Shown: piece by piece, positions 8,509 through 18,895 of the stretch | Numbering within the stretch: position 1 is the stretch's first letter | Layout of the letters: each line of letters starts with the position of its first letter | NCBI GenBank assembly: GCA_963845565.1 | Contig: CAWJSJ010000002.1 | Coordinates: 1,920,001 to 1,984,000 of the forward strand | Direction: 5' to 3' | Length of the DNA: 64,000 nucleotides | Source: an uncultured Methylomirabilota bacterium | Lineage (GTDB): Bacteria > Methylomirabilota > Methylomirabilia > Methylomirabilales > 2-02-FULL-66-22 | Made by a program: the position numbers and the translations under genes | Notes under the pieces: generated by a model | Seen by the model: only the letters and a program-made list of their open reading frames with translations | Told to the model about the DNA's origin: nothing | Database searches by the model: none

Positions 8509-8645
8509 TGGACACGGTGTGACTCCTTGCGCCGCGCCGCGCGTATTCAAGGACGGGCCGTGGCTGAACCTGAACAACGCGAACGGCAAGACGATCTGGT
8601 GACAACCATGAAACGGAACTCGTCAGAGCAGGGAAGGAGGACGCC

Positions 8646-8966
8646 ATGCCACCCGACAGTAAGATCGTCTGCCCGTTCTGCCAGGCGCGCCATTCTCTCA
8701 TGGGCACCGCATTCCAGCCGGTTCCGGTCGGGATATCTGGCGATTTCAACTTTTACAACTGCCCGTGTGGTGCGCTCGGCCTCACCTCTCACGCCATCGA
8801 CGGGCCGAACTGGGACGTCCGTCGCGCGAAGGACGTCATCTCCCGCCTAATTCCGAGGGTGGGGGTGGCCGACTGCGACGTGGACATGAATCGCGTCACG
8901 CTCATCGATCCCCCGATGTGGATGCTGTGGGTCAAGCGGCGGCCGAATTCCACGCGAGCGCGCTAG
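8646..8966 (+). CDS. Hypothetical Cys-containing protein
   Basis: RBS AGGAGG; CPFC..CPCG; stop lies inside the att-like repeat. Confidence 0.6.
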   Translation: MPPDSKIVCPFCQARHSLMGTAFQPVPVGISGDFNFYNCPCGALGLTSHAIDGPNWDVRRAKDVISRLIPRVGVADCDVDMNRVTLIDPPMWMLWVKRRPNSTRAR

Positions 8967-9126
8967 CTGCCCGGCCTCGGTGTTGCCCTCTGCGGAACAC
9001 CCGCTTCAGAGCCTCACGTTCAGATTGACCCCGCCATACCGACCGCAAATCAAAAGGGGGTTGCTTTCGCAACCCCCTGCTCTGATGGCGGGGCCGACGG
9101 GACTCGAACCCGCGACCGCCGACGTG
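8946..9126 (-). repeat. att-like direct repeat, left copy (tRNA-Asp 3' fragment + terminator + flank)
   Basis: Ungapped match to 12033-12213, 11 mismatches in 181 bp by manual count. Confidence 0.92.
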
Positions 9127-9142
9127 GAACGCCTGTGGGCGC

Positions 9143-9624
9143 CTAACGGATGTCAGGCGACGGCTTGGTGTTCTGTTCACGGTAGGCGGCGATGAAGTGG
9201 TCCACAAGGGCGGTCAGCATGTGCTGTGGGAACTCGGGGATGCTCGACGTGCCTGCGGTCCCCAGCCCGGCCTTGTGCCAGGTCGTGCCGAACGTCGTGA
9301 TATCTGGGTCCCGCGCCAGGCGCACGATTTGCTGGAGTTCCACCGACACCGCGAATCCGCAGAGGAGGCCGTCCAGGGCCTCGACCAGACGCCACGCTCA
9401 CGAAGAGATATGCCGTGGGGCTGGGGCTGATCCGGATGCCAGCCCGTTCCATGCGCGCCTCCACGGTGGTGTGGGTCGAGTCGTAAGGGAAGGGGGAACA
9501 TCCCGACGCCACCTCGGTGCCCAACACGATAACGTCCACGGACTCGATCCCTTTGAGTGACGCCCGCTTGATCGCCTCGAACTCTGCGGCAGGATCGTCG
9601 GCCCAGGCGGGGGAGAGCGCACAT
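9143..9624 (-). pseudogene. Hypothetical exported-type protein, frameshifted
   Basis: RBS AGGAAAGGAGG-ATG at 9624; segments ASLKGIESVDVIV..AYLFVSV and SVELQQIVRLARD..LVDHFIAAY lie in different frames. Confidence 0.55.
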
Positions 9625-9721
9625 GGCAGCCTCCTTTCCTCACGGCGGCCGAGTGACGCCACAAACACCACGATCACCGAGGAATCTCTCGACGCTCCGA
9701 GGGCCTGCAACTGGAACCGCG

Positions 9722-9958
9722 TCAGCGGGACGCGCCCACCGTGTCGGGTTGGGGGATCACAATGAATCCGAGTTCCCGGAGGCGGGTATCGCGGTCCGGG
9801 TGGGCGCGCCGGTCGGGGTGGTCCCCCGCGGTGGTCCCGGGCGGCCCCTGCCGCCGATCGAAGAGGACCTCGACGACCCCGGTCTGGCTGCTGGAGGCGA
9901 CCAATGCCCGAAACAGCTCCGGCCGATCCCGCGACACGATGATGAGTCCGTGCGCCAT
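9722..9958 (-). CDS. Small hypothetical protein (LIIVSRDRPEL..VLFDRR type)
   Basis: 78-aa ORF with globular-looking sequence. Confidence 0.65.
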   Translation of the reverse strand: MAHGLIIVSRDRPELFRALVASSSQTGVVEVLFDRRQGPPGTTAGDHPDRRAHPDRDTRLRELGFIVIPQPDTVGASR

Positions 9959-10345
9959 TTCCCCACCCCCACGCGACGCAGCATCCCCCGCGCACACCGG
10001 GCGGCCCTCACCGTGGCGACGGATCCGCGTTGGGATGTGGTGGGGCGTCCGGCCGGAAACAGGCCGAGAGTCGGACGAACAGGCCGGGATGTCAAGCGCA
10101 AATCCGGTTGCGGCGCGGATGCGATAACGGATGAGACGGTGCCCGCGGCATCGTCGGCGGAGGAACCATGAGATTGTTGGGAGAGATCCTCACCCTTTCG
10201 GTCTTCGTGTCGGGACTCAGCCTCGCCGCGGTCGCCCTGGGATCGGGGAAATGGGTGATACAACGTGGGAACGTGTAGCCCGCACACACCGCCAGCGCCG
10301 TGGAGGCCCGGCGGCGGTTCAAGCGCTCGGGAATCTGATCCGTCC

Positions 10346-10702
10346 CTATCGCTCGATCGCCTGGACCGTGCACGTCCTGCCGTTCTTCGTCTTGAAGGAC
10401 ATGTCGTCGTAGAGGGGCGTGATCATTCCCTGGTAGATTTCACCCATCATCGTGCACGACGAACCAGAGATTCGCAAGTGCACATCTTCGACGGAACCTC
10501 CGCGGGTCAGCTTCACTTGCCATCGCTCGATACCGGATTCCTGCACGAACTCGATCGCGGCCATCGGTTGTGCGGGCGTGATGTTGACGTTCGGCCGGAT
10601 GGGACCTTGGGCGGCCGCCAGCGAGGAGTTGAGGGCGAGCAGGGCGACTATCCCGACCGCAACGACCAGGATGAGGTGGGGGCGAAGACGACGTGTCCAC
10701 AT
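10346..10702 (-). CDS. Hypothetical secreted protein
   Basis: RBS GGAGGG, signal peptide ending LAAA, Cys pair. Confidence 0.65.
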   Translation of the reverse strand: MWTRRLRPHLILVVAVGIVALLALNSSLAAAQGPIRPNVNITPAQPMAAIEFVQESGIERWQVKLTRGGSVEDVHLRISGSSCTMMGEIYQGMITPLYDDMSFKTKNGRTCTVQAIER

Positions 10703-10894
10703 GGCGTCACCCTCCATACAGTTAGAAAAATAGACCGCCCCGCCGACCATCCACACGGTCAACAGGGGCGCAGGGAAGAACCCGACCCAGGCACACGTTT
10801 CGACTCCCGAGGCCCGGAGGGTACGATTATGAGGAATACCCCAAGCTTACGTCTGCCCCCAGGCGCCGGTCAACCAGAATCCGAACGTGCGGCT

Positions 10895-11107
10895 GTGAGT
10901 GCCCTTGTGGTAGCATCCCCGGAAGCGTTTCGGCCCTTTCCCGCGTGCAGCCACGCCATGACCGGGCGGAAGATCTCGGCCTGTTCCGACCGGTGCCGGG
11001 CGGCGCTGAGTCGGCGAAACCGGGGCAACGAACTGGCCAGCGTGGAGGAACAGCTCATCCGGGCATTGACGCGAGTGCGGGCCCTACGGGGCTCGACGGC
11101 GGCGTAG
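10895..11107 (+). CDS. Small zinc-finger-like protein, paralog of 7159-7314 (start uncertain, possibly decayed)
   Basis: FPACSH..CSDRCRAALSRRNRGNELASVEEQLIRAL. Confidence 0.45.
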   Translation: MSALVVASPEAFRPFPACSHAMTGRKISACSDRCRAALSRRNRGNELASVEEQLIRALTRVRALRGSTAA

Positions 11108-11141
11108 GGGGCCCACGGGGCGTGGAGGACGGGAAGAGGTC

Positions 11142-11939
11142 ATGGCGAGAAAGCGCGTGTTGATTGTGGATGATGAAGCGCCCCCCCGTGCAGTCATCCG
11201 GGAGTTACTCCAACGGTACGGCTACGAGCCCGCCGAGGCTGGAGACGGCCTAGAGGGTCTTGCCAAAGCCGAGACCCTCCCCCCGGATGTCATCCTGCTG
11301 GAGGGGCGGATGCGGGGGCTCGACGGCTACGAGGTGTGTCGGCGCCTGAAGGCAAACCCACGGACGCAGCACATCCCGGTGATCTTCGTGACGGGCGTGG
11401 ATGAGGACGAACTCTACGCTCTTGCCGACGAGGTTGGGGCCGCGGCGTTTATCACGAAACCCTTTCATCTCGAGACGCTGGTGGCCGTCATCGCGGCGGC
11501 CCTCACGAACCGAGAGTCCACGGCGGACCCACCAGAGGCCAAGACCCCACCCGCGCGGCCGACGGTCCTCTGCGTCGATGACGACCCGCTCGTGCTGCAT
11601 TTCTACCGGGACCATCTCGAGCCGCGGTACCGGACGCTCACGGTGACGGACGGCCTCCAGGGTCTCGCCATGGCCCAGCAGGACCGTCCCGACGTGATCC
11701 TCCTGGATGTCCTGCTGCGGGGTTGGAGCGGGTTCGACATCTGCCGGAAGCTCCGTGCCGACCCCGTGCTCGGCGACATCCCGATCATCCTCATTTCGGT
11801 GTTGGACGATCCCAGCGTGGCGCGGACGGCGCAGACGGTTGGCGCAACCCTGACCCTCCGGAAGCCCGCCGACGCGGAGAGCATCGTCGCAGCCATTGAA
11901 CACGTGTTGCAGGACCGAGGGTGGCCCGCAGCGGACTAG
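11142..11939 (+). CDS. Tandem receiver-domain response regulator
   Basis: Two REC domains (VLIVDDE..ITKP; VLCVDDD..LRKP), no output domain. Confidence 0.9.
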   Translation: MARKRVLIVDDEAPPRAVIRELLQRYGYEPAEAGDGLEGLAKAETLPPDVILLEGRMRGLDGYEVCRRLKANPRTQHIPVIFVTGVDEDELYALADEVGAAAFITKPFHLETLVAVIAAALTNRESTADPPEAKTPPARPTVLCVDDDPLVLHFYRDHLEPRYRTLTVTDGLQGLAMAQQDRPDVILLDVLLRGWSGFDICRKLRADPVLGDIPIILISVLDDPSVARTAQTVGATLTLRKPADAESIVAAIEHVLQDRGWPAAD

Positions 11940-12032
11940 CGACCGCGAGGCGCAGGCGGCCCGACGCGTGACCGCCTCCGCGCCCTCCACGGGGTAGATC
12001 CACATCGAAAGCGCACCGCGCGTGAGAGCGCC

Positions 12033-12249
<217 letters not shown>

Positions 12250-12270
12250 AACCGCCATTTGAGACGAATA

Positions 12271-12299
12271 TTTCTACCATGCCGCCCAACCCTTTGCAA
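12271..12299 (-). promoter_or_regulatory. sigma70-like promoter of tRNA-Asp
   Basis: Minus strand TTGCAA-17-TAGAAA with TG extension. Confidence 0.6.
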
Positions 12300-12526
12300 G
12301 GGTTTCCTTCCCAAAGACTGCCCGTCCAACCCGCTTGGGGGTGGCCGCCTGCCGTCATCCGAGCCGGCGCCGCGGGGCGGATCGCGCCATTTTGCTTGAC
12401 GCCGCGACCCCGACTGCGGGATGCTTCGGCGCGCAGGGAGGGGGCATCGGCCCGAGCCGGTGTGATCAGGCCATGGGAATCACGCGATGGCGCGCGCGGT
12501 TCCATCATCTTTCGTTCGGAGGTGTC

Positions 12527-13354
12527 ATGACTCTCAAGGACAGAATCGGTATCGACCTCGGTCGTCGCATCCGGCTGGAAGAGGGGATCGAGTGGGCGGC
12601 GAAGCACGGCGTGCGCTACATCGACATCCAGCTCGACACGGCGGCGAATGCCGTCACGACGTTCGATGACGCCCGCGCCGCAGCCGTGCGGGCGGCGTGC
12701 GAGCGGCACGGTGTGCACCTGGGACTGCACACGCTCTCGGCGGTGAACGTCGCGGAGTATTCCCCGTACGTGTCCGAGGCGATGGACCAGTATCTGCGGA
12801 GTTACGTGGACATTTACCCCAAGCTCGGCGCCACGTGGATCGTGGTGCACGGGGGCTACCATTTCACCTCCGACAAGAAGATGCGGATGGAGGCGGGCCT
12901 CGACCGGCTGAAGCGGTTGGTGGCCTACGCCGAGAAGAAGGGGGCGCGGATCCTGCTCGAGAACCACAACACCGAGCCGGAGAAGGCGGAGATCCACTAC
13001 ATCCCGGTCACCTTCGAGGAGTGGCGTTACTTCTTCGACGGCATCCAGTCCCCCAACTTCCGGCTTTCGTTCACGGTGAATCATGCCCATCTCATCCCCG
13101 AGGGCGTCGCGGGATTCTGCGACGCCTTGGACTTCGGACGGGTGGACGAAGTGCGGATCGCCGACTGCTTCCGGCTAGGCCATGAAGTCCACCTGAAGCC
13201 GGGCGACGGAGACCTCGATTTTGCCGACATGTTCCGCCGCATCGAGGGGAAGGGGTTCACCGGTCACTACACGAATGCCTTTGCCACACTCGACGACATG
13301 CTGGCCGCGCGCGATTACCTGGTGGCGCAGGCGGCCAAGGTCGGCGTGAAGTAG
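12527..13354 (+). CDS. Sugar phosphate isomerase/epimerase (xylose isomerase-like TIM barrel)
   Basis: IVVHGG, LLENHN, HLKPGDGDLDF; RBS GGAGG. Confidence 0.88.
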   Translation: MTLKDRIGIDLGRRIRLEEGIEWAAKHGVRYIDIQLDTAANAVTTFDDARAAAVRAACERHGVHLGLHTLSAVNVAEYSPYVSEAMDQYLRSYVDIYPKLGATWIVVHGGYHFTSDKKMRMEAGLDRLKRLVAYAEKKGARILLENHNTEPEKAEIHYIPVTFEEWRYFFDGIQSPNFRLSFTVNHAHLIPEGVAGFCDALDFGRVDEVRIADCFRLGHEVHLKPGDGDLDFADMFRRIEGKGFTGHYTNAFATLDDMLAARDYLVAQAAKVGVK

Positions 13355-13467
13355 CGCCGAGGCGGCGTTGCCGCGGGAGCGCGGCTGGTCGCCCGGATCA
13401 CGCTGTCAGTTCCCATCTCAGGCATGATTGACACCAGAGCCTCAAATCAACCACAGGAGCGTGCTTC

Positions 13468-14400
13468 ATGATCTACGGACAGGGGAAGTTCAGGTACGAG
13501 CTGGTCAACCGCTGGGCGAAGCTGCCGGAGGGGGAGTCGTTCACGGACGTCGGGGGCGTGTGCGTGGACGCTAAGGACCGCGTCTTTATTCTGAGCCGGA
13601 GCGCCTACCCGATCTCGGTCTTCGATCGCGAGGGCGCCGTGGTGACCCGATGGGGAAAGGGACATTTCCAGCGGGCCCACGGGAGCTGCATCGGGGCGGA
13701 TGGCTCGCTGTACTGCACCGACGACCGGAATCACACGGTCTCGAAGTTCACCCCGGAAGGCCAGGTTCTGATGACGCTGGGGACCAAGGACAAGCCCTCG
13801 GATACCGGTTACCGGGAGGCGCTGGATCTCTTCGAGCGGATCGCGTCCATCACCCATGGGGGAGCGCCGTTCAACCGGCCGACCGGGATCGGGATCGCCC
13901 CCTCGGGCGAGATGTACGTGGTGGATGGGTACGGCAACGCGCGGGTACACCGGTTCACCGCCAAGGGGGATCTGATCTCGTCCTGGGGCGAGCCCGGTCC
14001 CGGTCCGTCCCAGTTCCGGCTGCCGCACAACATCTGGGTGGACAAAGACAGTCGCGTGTGGGTGGTGGATCGGGAGAATCACCGCATCCAGATCTTCCGC
14101 GAGGACGGAAAATTCCTGACGCAGTGGACGGATCTGTTCCGCCCGACGGACGTCTGCATCAAGGACGACATCGTGTACGTGTCCGAGCTGTGCCGGCGCA
14201 TCAGCATCTTCGACCTCGACGGCGCGCTCCTTGCTCGCTGGGGCAACGAATCGCACCCCCCCGACCAGCCGATCTTCGTTGCGCCGCACACCCTGGTGGT
14301 GGATTCGCGCGGGGATCTGTATGTCGGCGAGGTCAGCTTCACCCATGCCAAGACGGACAAGGGGCCCAACACCGTGCAGAAGTTCGTGCGGAAGGCGTAA
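13468..14400 (+). CDS. NHL-repeat protein (peptidyl-alpha-hydroxyglycine amidating lyase-like)
   Basis: FNRPTGI, DGYGNARVHRF, FRLPHNI, DRENHRIQIF. Confidence 0.9.
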   Translation: MIYGQGKFRYELVNRWAKLPEGESFTDVGGVCVDAKDRVFILSRSAYPISVFDREGAVVTRWGKGHFQRAHGSCIGADGSLYCTDDRNHTVSKFTPEGQVLMTLGTKDKPSDTGYREALDLFERIASITHGGAPFNRPTGIGIAPSGEMYVVDGYGNARVHRFTAKGDLISSWGEPGPGPSQFRLPHNIWVDKDSRVWVVDRENHRIQIFREDGKFLTQWTDLFRPTDVCIKDDIVYVSELCRRISIFDLDGALLARWGNESHPPDQPIFVAPHTLVVDSRGDLYVGEVSFTHAKTDKGPNTVQKFVRKA

Positions 14401-14501
14401 CGGAGAGCCGAGAGCCGAGAGCGAGGGCAGAACAGACAGAGGACAGTGTAAAGGACGTGAGGCGTAAGGGGCGAATCGAGAGGCGGGGGGCGGTGAGGGG
14501 A

Positions 14502-15314
14502 TTAACCGGTCAGGTCCTCGCCGCCGTCCACGCCGATGACGTTGCCCGTGATCCAGTGGGTGCCGGAGGCGCAGAGCGCGGCGATGGCCGTGGCCACGTC
14601 CGCCGGGGTGGTGAGACGCCGATAGGGGTTCTTGGCCGTCGCCCCCTCGATCATCCTTTCGTTGCCGGGAATCTTGCGTAGGGCAGGCGTGTCGGTGACG
14701 CCGGCCCGGATGGAATTCGCCGTGATCTGGTACGGCGCCAGCTCGTAGGCGAGTTGGCGGATGTGGGCTTCCAGGGCGGCCTTGGCGGCGGAGACGGCGC
14801 CGTAGGTGGGCCACACGTGGTTTCCGCCGGAGCTGGTCATGGCGAAGATCCGGCCACCCGGCCCCATAAGTTTCCTTCGCAGCAGATCTTGGGTCCAGTA
14901 CACCAGGCTGTGGGCCATGACATCCAAAGTCATTTCCATCTGGGACTGGCTCAGGACGTCCTTGGGGTCCTCGGCGACGTACGGCCGTAGCGCCCCGAAG
15001 GCGAGCGAGTGCAGGAGGACGATCACCGCGCCCGGCTCGCCGCGCTCCGCCAGGGTGCGTGCCATCTGATCCAGGACGTCCTGTCTCTTCTCCGCATCGG
15101 CGGCGTTGACGTTGAAGAAAACCGCCTCGCGGCCCATCCCTTGGATTTCACTGACGATACGCTCGACATTCCCGAGGGTCGCTCTCCGATCCATGTGCAC
15201 GCCGAAGACGTTGACGCCGCGCCGGGCAAGGGTGAGCGCCGTCGCCTCGCCGAATCCGCTCGACGCGCCCAGGATCAAGGCCCAGCCGTGTAGTGGCGTC
15301 TGCTGAGTGCTCAA
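14502..15314 (-). CDS. SDR, enoyl-ACP reductase FabL-like
   Basis: TTG start after GGAGA; LGASSGFG, YGAVSAAK, GVTDTPAL. Confidence 0.85.
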   Translation of the reverse strand: MSTQQTPLHGWALILGASSGFGEATALTLARRGVNVFGVHMDRRATLGNVERIVSEIQGMGREAVFFNVNAADAEKRQDVLDQMARTLAERGEPGAVIVLLHSLAFGALRPYVAEDPKDVLSQSQMEMTLDVMAHSLVYWTQDLLRRKLMGPGGRIFAMTSSGGNHVWPTYGAVSAAKAALEAHIRQLAYELAPYQITANSIRAGVTDTPALRKIPGNERMIEGATAKNPYRRLTTPADVATAIAALCASGTHWITGNVIGVDGGEDLTG

Positions 15315-15498
15315 TGCGGATCTCCTTCCGGCGATCGAGTGGCGCAGCCACCAAGGAGGTCTGATTCTACTTGGGGAAGGCGCCGGAACGCAACGGGAAT
15401 GGCGGGCCGCCTTTCTCGCCTTGGCCCCCTGTGGTTGCTCCTCTATACTGTCGCGGGCGAGATCTGGGATCCGCGCCGGAACCGGCATGGGGGCTGAC

Positions 15499-16122
15499 AT
15501 GGTCGAGGCGGTCAATGCTGCGCTGAAGGAGTGGGCCGTCGTCTGCGGGGCGTTGGCGGATGGTCGCCAGACGCTCCTCATTCGCAAGGGTGGGATCCAG
15601 GAGATCAAGGACGGCTTCGAGGTCACCCACCAGCGATTCTGGCTATTTCCGACCTTTGTCCATCAAAAAGAAGCTGACCTGGTTCCCGCTGTGCGCGAGG
15701 AGTTCCGGACGATGCAAGCCGTGTCGTCGGCGTCCGGGACGCTGGCGATCCGGCTCTATGCGACCGTGGCGGATGTGGTCCAGGTGATGGATCTGGAGCG
15801 TCTGCGACGTCTGGCCGACCTGCACATCCTGTCCTGGGAGTGTGTCGCATCCCGGTTTCACTATCGCAACAAGCCGGGCGTTCACGTGCTGACCCTGCGG
15901 CTGTTCCGGCGACCTGAGCCGATCATTCTGGAGCAAAAGGCCTGGTACGACGGCTGCGTGTCGTGGGTGGAACTGGATCAGGCGATCAACCCCAGCGCGT
16001 GTGAGCCCGTGCTCTCCGATGCCGTCTTCAACGCCCGGCGTGCCGACATCCAAAGGGCGCTCGGCGGTCCGGCGATCCCGCCTGAAGCGTCGCAGGGGGC
16101 CGCCGGCTTGCATCAACCATAA
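15499..16122 (+). CDS. DUF1802 family protein
   Basis: ALKEWAVVC..GRQTLLIRKGGIQE, FPTFVHQ, YDGCVSWV. Confidence 0.85.
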   Translation: MVEAVNAALKEWAVVCGALADGRQTLLIRKGGIQEIKDGFEVTHQRFWLFPTFVHQKEADLVPAVREEFRTMQAVSSASGTLAIRLYATVADVVQVMDLERLRRLADLHILSWECVASRFHYRNKPGVHVLTLRLFRRPEPIILEQKAWYDGCVSWVELDQAINPSACEPVLSDAVFNARRADIQRALGGPAIPPEASQGAAGLHQP

Positions 16123-16150
16123 TGCATCAACCGAGATAGGGGGTGAGTCC

Positions 16151-16552
16151 GTGGCCGAACTCAACACACACACTGCGCTCATCCTGGTGGACCATGGGAG
16201 CCGTTTTCCGGAGGCCAACGAGATGCTTCTGGAGGTGGTGGCCATGGTGAAGCGCCTCTCCGGTCTCACGCGCGTGTACCCCGCGCACATGGAGCTGGCC
16301 GAACCGAGCATCCGCCAGGCCTTCGAAACGGCGGCCCGAGACGGCGCCACAGCCGTCGTCGTCCATCCGTACTTCCTTTCCCCCGGTCGCCACTCCACCA
16401 CGGACATCCCCCGTCTGGTCGAGGAGGCCGCGGCGGCGTTCCCGGGCGTCGAGCACTGCGTGACGGCCCCGCTGGGCGTCCACGACAAGATCGGCGCGGT
16501 GGTTCTGGAACGGGCCGGCGTCCCGTCGGTGAAGGCGAAGGCGCGTCAGTGA
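16151..16552 (+). CDS. CbiX/SirB-type chelatase (single domain)
   Basis: LVDHGSR, AHMELAEP, PYFLSPGRH..DIP. Confidence 0.88.
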   Translation: MAELNTHTALILVDHGSRFPEANEMLLEVVAMVKRLSGLTRVYPAHMELAEPSIRQAFETAARDGATAVVVHPYFLSPGRHSTTDIPRLVEEAAAAFPGVEHCVTAPLGVHDKIGAVVLERAGVPSVKAKARQ

Positions 16553-16622
16553 TGGCGGGGTATCGAGGCCGCCACCGCTCGACGCGGGTTCGGCATCAAC
16601 CCGTACCCGCAGTTGGGCAGGA

Positions 16623-17075
16623 GTGATCCCGATGGAGGCGATCGGTACGGTCCGCAACGATATCCAGGAACCGACGGACGAGGGGTGGGGCGGTGTCATC
16701 TCCGAGGTCGTTCTCGACGAGGAGTTTGCCGACGGGCTGGACGGAATCGAGGCGTTCTCTCACGTCCTCGTCCTCTTCTTGATGCATCGGGCAGCAGAGG
16801 CGGAACCCGTGCGGATGCGGCGACGCCCGCAGGGGCGACAGGATATGCCGGAGGTGGGGATCTTCGCCCAGCGCGCGCGACACCGTCCCAATCCCATCGG
16901 GGTGACCGCGGTGAAGCTGCTCCGTCGGGACGAGAACCGCCTGGTCGTGCAGGGGCTGGACGCCATCAACGGAACTCCGGTGGTGGACGTGAAGCCGTAC
17001 GTGCCGCAATTCGACGCCGTGGAGTCGCCGAGGATGCCCGCGTGGATCCATCGGTTGATGGAGGGGTATTTCTGA
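16623..17075 (+). CDS. tsaA: tRNA m6t6A37 methyltransferase TrmO-like
   Basis: GIFAQRARHRPNPIG, GLDAINGTPVVDVKPY. Confidence 0.88.
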   Translation: MIPMEAIGTVRNDIQEPTDEGWGGVISEVVLDEEFADGLDGIEAFSHVLVLFLMHRAAEAEPVRMRRRPQGRQDMPEVGIFAQRARHRPNPIGVTAVKLLRRDENRLVVQGLDAINGTPVVDVKPYVPQFDAVESPRMPAWIHRLMEGYF

Positions 17076-17165
17076 AGATGCCGCGATCAGCAGTCAGCAG
17101 TCAGCGATCAGCGAAGAACGGTCGGAGCAGCGCCCAGAAGAGTGACGGCGGCGCGTGGTGAGAGG

Positions 17166-17894
17166 ATGGCGAAGACCGCGGGAATCCTGATCATCGGCAG
17201 CGAGGTGCTGAGCGGGAAGGTGACGGACCAGAACTCGCCGTTCCTCGCCCAGGAGCTGCGGGGTCTGGGCGTCGAGGTCCGGCGCATCCTGACGATTCCG
17301 GACGAGTTGCCGGTGATCGTGCGCGACGTGCGGGAACTGGCCCGGGATCACGATCTGGTGTTCACCACGGGCGGCGTGGGACCGACTCACGACGACGTGA
17401 CGATCGCGGCCATCGCGCAGGCGTTCGACCGCCCCCTGGTCCGCCATCCGTTGCTCGAGGGGGTGCTCCGGCGGCACTATGGCGAGGCCATCACGTCCGC
17501 CCAGCTCCGCATGGCAGACGTCCCCGAGGGGAGCCGGTTGGTGGGAGAAGGCAACATCGGGTTTCCCGTGGTGGCCCTGGAGAACGTCTTCATCTTTCCC
17601 GGAATTCCCGAGAGCGTGCAGCGAAAGTTCGGGCGGATTCGCGAGGAGTTCCGGGAGGCTCCGTACATCCTGCGGCGGATCTTCCTGCGGTGCGATGAAG
17701 GAGAGATTGCCGCCGAACTCTATCGGGCGCTCGAGCGGTTTCCCGCACTGCAGCTCGGCTCCTACCCCATCCTCCACCAGCCCGACCACCGCGTCGTTCT
17801 GACCCTGGAATCCAAGCAGCGCGACGAGGTGGACCGGGCGGTCAAGTTCCTCGTGGAACGCCTGCCAGCCTCGACCGTCGTCCGCATCGAATAG
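17166..17894 (+). CDS. CinA-like molybdopterin-binding domain protein
   Basis: IIGSEVLSGKVTDQN, TTGGVGPTHDDVT, FPGIP. Confidence 0.88.
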   Translation: MAKTAGILIIGSEVLSGKVTDQNSPFLAQELRGLGVEVRRILTIPDELPVIVRDVRELARDHDLVFTTGGVGPTHDDVTIAAIAQAFDRPLVRHPLLEGVLRRHYGEAITSAQLRMADVPEGSRLVGEGNIGFPVVALENVFIFPGIPESVQRKFGRIREEFREAPYILRRIFLRCDEGEIAAELYRALERFPALQLGSYPILHQPDHRVVLTLESKQRDEVDRAVKFLVERLPASTVVRIE

Positions 17895-17922
17895 GGGCGG
17901 CTGGAACGGCATCGCGGCGCCG

Positions 17923-18600
17923 TCAGGCGGTCGCGCTCAGGTCCACGCTTCCGCCCCGATAGAACTCGCTGATCCGATCCGCCACCTCGCGCGGGTCGTC
18001 CGTGACGGTGAAGAAGCTCAGATCCTGCGGAGAGATGTATCCATCCACCAGGGCCTGTTCGCGCAGCCACTCCAACAGCCCTTGCCAGTAGCTTCGCCCC
18101 ACCAGGATGACCGGGAAGGGGCGAATCTTGTGTGTCTGGATCAGCGTGACGGTCTCGAACAGCTCATCCACGGTTCCGAAGCCACCAGGGAGCAGGACGA
18201 AGGCAGTGGCGTACTTGACCAGCATGACTTTTCGGACGAAGAAGTAGTGGAAGTGCAGGGAGATGGTGGTGTACGGGTTCGACGTCTGTTCCATGGGCAG
18301 CTCGATGTTCAATCCCACGGCCTTCCCCCCCGCCTGGAATGCCCCTTTGCTGGCGGCTTCCATGACCCCGGGGCCACCACCGGTGACGACCGTGAAGCCG
18401 GCCCCGGCGATCTCGCGGCCGATGGCCTCCGCGGTGACGTAGGCGAACTCTCCGGGTTTCGCGCGCGCGCTGCCGAAGACCGTCACGGCCGGTGTGATGC
18501 GGGACAGCGCGTCGAAGCCTTCGACGAACTCTCCGATGATCCGGAACATGCGCCAGGACTCTTCCTTCTCCAGTTGATTGATCTCGTACTGCGACGGCAT
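17923..18600 (-). CDS. LOG family (TIGR00730) protein
   Basis: VFGSAR, TGGGPGVMEA, FFVRK, PGGFGTVDE. Confidence 0.92.
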   Translation of the reverse strand: MPSQYEINQLEKEESWRMFRIIGEFVEGFDALSRITPAVTVFGSARAKPGEFAYVTAEAIGREIAGAGFTVVTGGGPGVMEAASKGAFQAGGKAVGLNIELPMEQTSNPYTTISLHFHYFFVRKVMLVKYATAFVLLPGGFGTVDELFETVTLIQTHKIRPFPVILVGRSYWQGLLEWLREQALVDGYISPQDLSFFTVTDDPREVADRISEFYRGGSVDLSATA

Positions 18601-18895
18601 TGCCTCCTCCTTCAGGACGGCGCACGGGGTGGCAGAGCGACGTTCTGGGGCCGGGAGTTGGCTCCCAGCGCCCCGCCCGAGGCCCTCAGACTAAAGGATA
18701 TTCCCCGGGTGCCGCAAGTGATTCCTTGCCGCGTCGAACCAGATGACGCCGTGTGCGGTGTTGCTCGACGAGGGGGCGGGTAGCATGGTATAGAAAGCTG
18801 GAAGATTTCAGCGGTCAGCGGTCGGCCTCGGACGTGGCGTGGGTGTCGAATGGCGCGATGATCGGTGGCCGAGAAGAGAAGAGGGGGGGTCTCGG

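Noticed and set aside
9086..9126. Second tRNA-Asp gene
   Set aside because: Only the 3' 41 nt are present; D-arm and 5' acceptor strand are missing
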